From the human T2T-CHM13v2.0 reference genome, Homo sapiens, in assembly GCF_009914755.1 (NCBI RefSeq), contig NC_060929.1: a stretch of DNA of 64,000 nucleotides; one strand, 5' to 3'. The notes under the pieces were generated by a model, which saw only the letters and a program-made list of their open reading frames with translations, had not been told where the DNA came from and did not search any database. The translations under genes and the position numbers were made by a program. Shown here piece after piece: positions 62,926 to 64,000 of this stretch (its first letter is position 1; the number at the start of each line of letters is the position of its first letter).

Positions 62926-63454
62926 TTCAATTCACTACATTTCAAAATGTTTACCGTTATATGCTATTTAAAATGAAACAACGAACATTATATAAAAAAT
63001 ACAGGCATTTAAAACATTCTTAAGTAAACTGTTAATTCCATTTTTTGTTATCTCAGAACACTGCAGAATAATATGGGCACACTTCATGCAAGTACTATCC
63101 TATGGGACCAATGAAGAGAAGTGCACTCTATGAACAGGAAATGTCAGGAAAGCCTTCTCTAAAGAGGTCATGGATGAATGGACTCTTGGGAGCTGAACAT
63201 GACTTTGTCAGAAGAGCATGACAGAAGCCCATTCTGGATAAAAGGAGCAAGTGGCAAGATTCAAAGTGACTCATCAAAGGGTAGAACTATATTAAGTGAA
63301 GAAGCCAATAAGAGCCTTCCAGGCAAAGAGAACAGGACCAAAGTTAGGGACCTCCAAACATAATGGGGCCAGAAAGCTGAAAGATAAACTGGAGCTAAAT
63401 AAGAAAAGGATTTATATGCCATATACTCTCAAGATTCTTAATTTTTCTTTTTAC

Positions 63455-63591
63455 TTTTTTTTTTTCTTTTTTTTGTAGAGACAGGGTCTTGCTTTGTTGC
63501 ACAGCTTGGTTTCAAACTCCTGGCTTCAGGTGATTCTTCCATCTTGGCCTCTCAAAGTGCTAGAATTAGGCATGAGCCACTGCATTTGGCC
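63455..63591 (-). mobile_element. FLAM or Alu monomer
   Basis: Poly-T plus single arm. Confidence 0.8.
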
Positions 63592-64000
63592 TCAAAACTT
63601 TTAAAAATCACACATAGCATTGGGGAAAAGAATGAGTTACATTTCTAACATAGGTAATGTATTTAAAAACTAATACATGTGTTACTGGCAAAATATTTTG
63701 TATTCATTATGAAATATACACAAAATCCCTAGAAACTTTAAAGGGTAAGATAATAGTATTTTCTTCCCATGTCCTGGAGATTGTTTTGGGCTAAACGAAT
63801 GGCCTTGCTAACTACTATCAGATAGGCCTACAAGTGATTAATTCCAAAATCAGATTCATCATTTCTTGGCAGACATTCTCCATCTCATTTGATTGGCTTC
63901 TAGCTACACATTCTATACAGTAAAGTGACTCACCCAGTGACTTTCATACACATTTTGTAACTACTTTTATCTTTCAAGATTGGACAAAGAAATTACTTGT

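Overview
Human genomic DNA (it carries an AluYb8, a human-specific subfamily) covering the middle of RAPGEF6 (PDZ-GEF2) on the minus strand. Ten consecutive coding exons (probably exons 7-16; numbering from recall) with GT-AG boundaries splice into one open frame encoding the second cNMP-binding-like domain, the REM domain and the PDZ domain. The rest is intron with about 30 Alus, old L1 fragments, MaLR LTRs, DNA transposons and a solo LTR12. The most unexpected item is at 41023-41730: a decayed, intron-less relic in which a KRAB-A/B box is joined, apparently in frame, to ABCG8-like transmembrane coding sequence, then interrupted by an Alu. It looks like a retrocopy of a KRAB-ABCG8 chimeric transcript. 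Other notable items: an alternative N-terminal exon (MAFLVRCYANCLQPWASK), a sense-oriented LTR12 upstream of the last exon in the window, a near-consensus AluYb8, UG-repeat-flanked cryptic exon candidates, tandem splice sites, and an unexplained 86-bp direct repeat. Family assignments rest on recalled consensus sequences; no searches were run.
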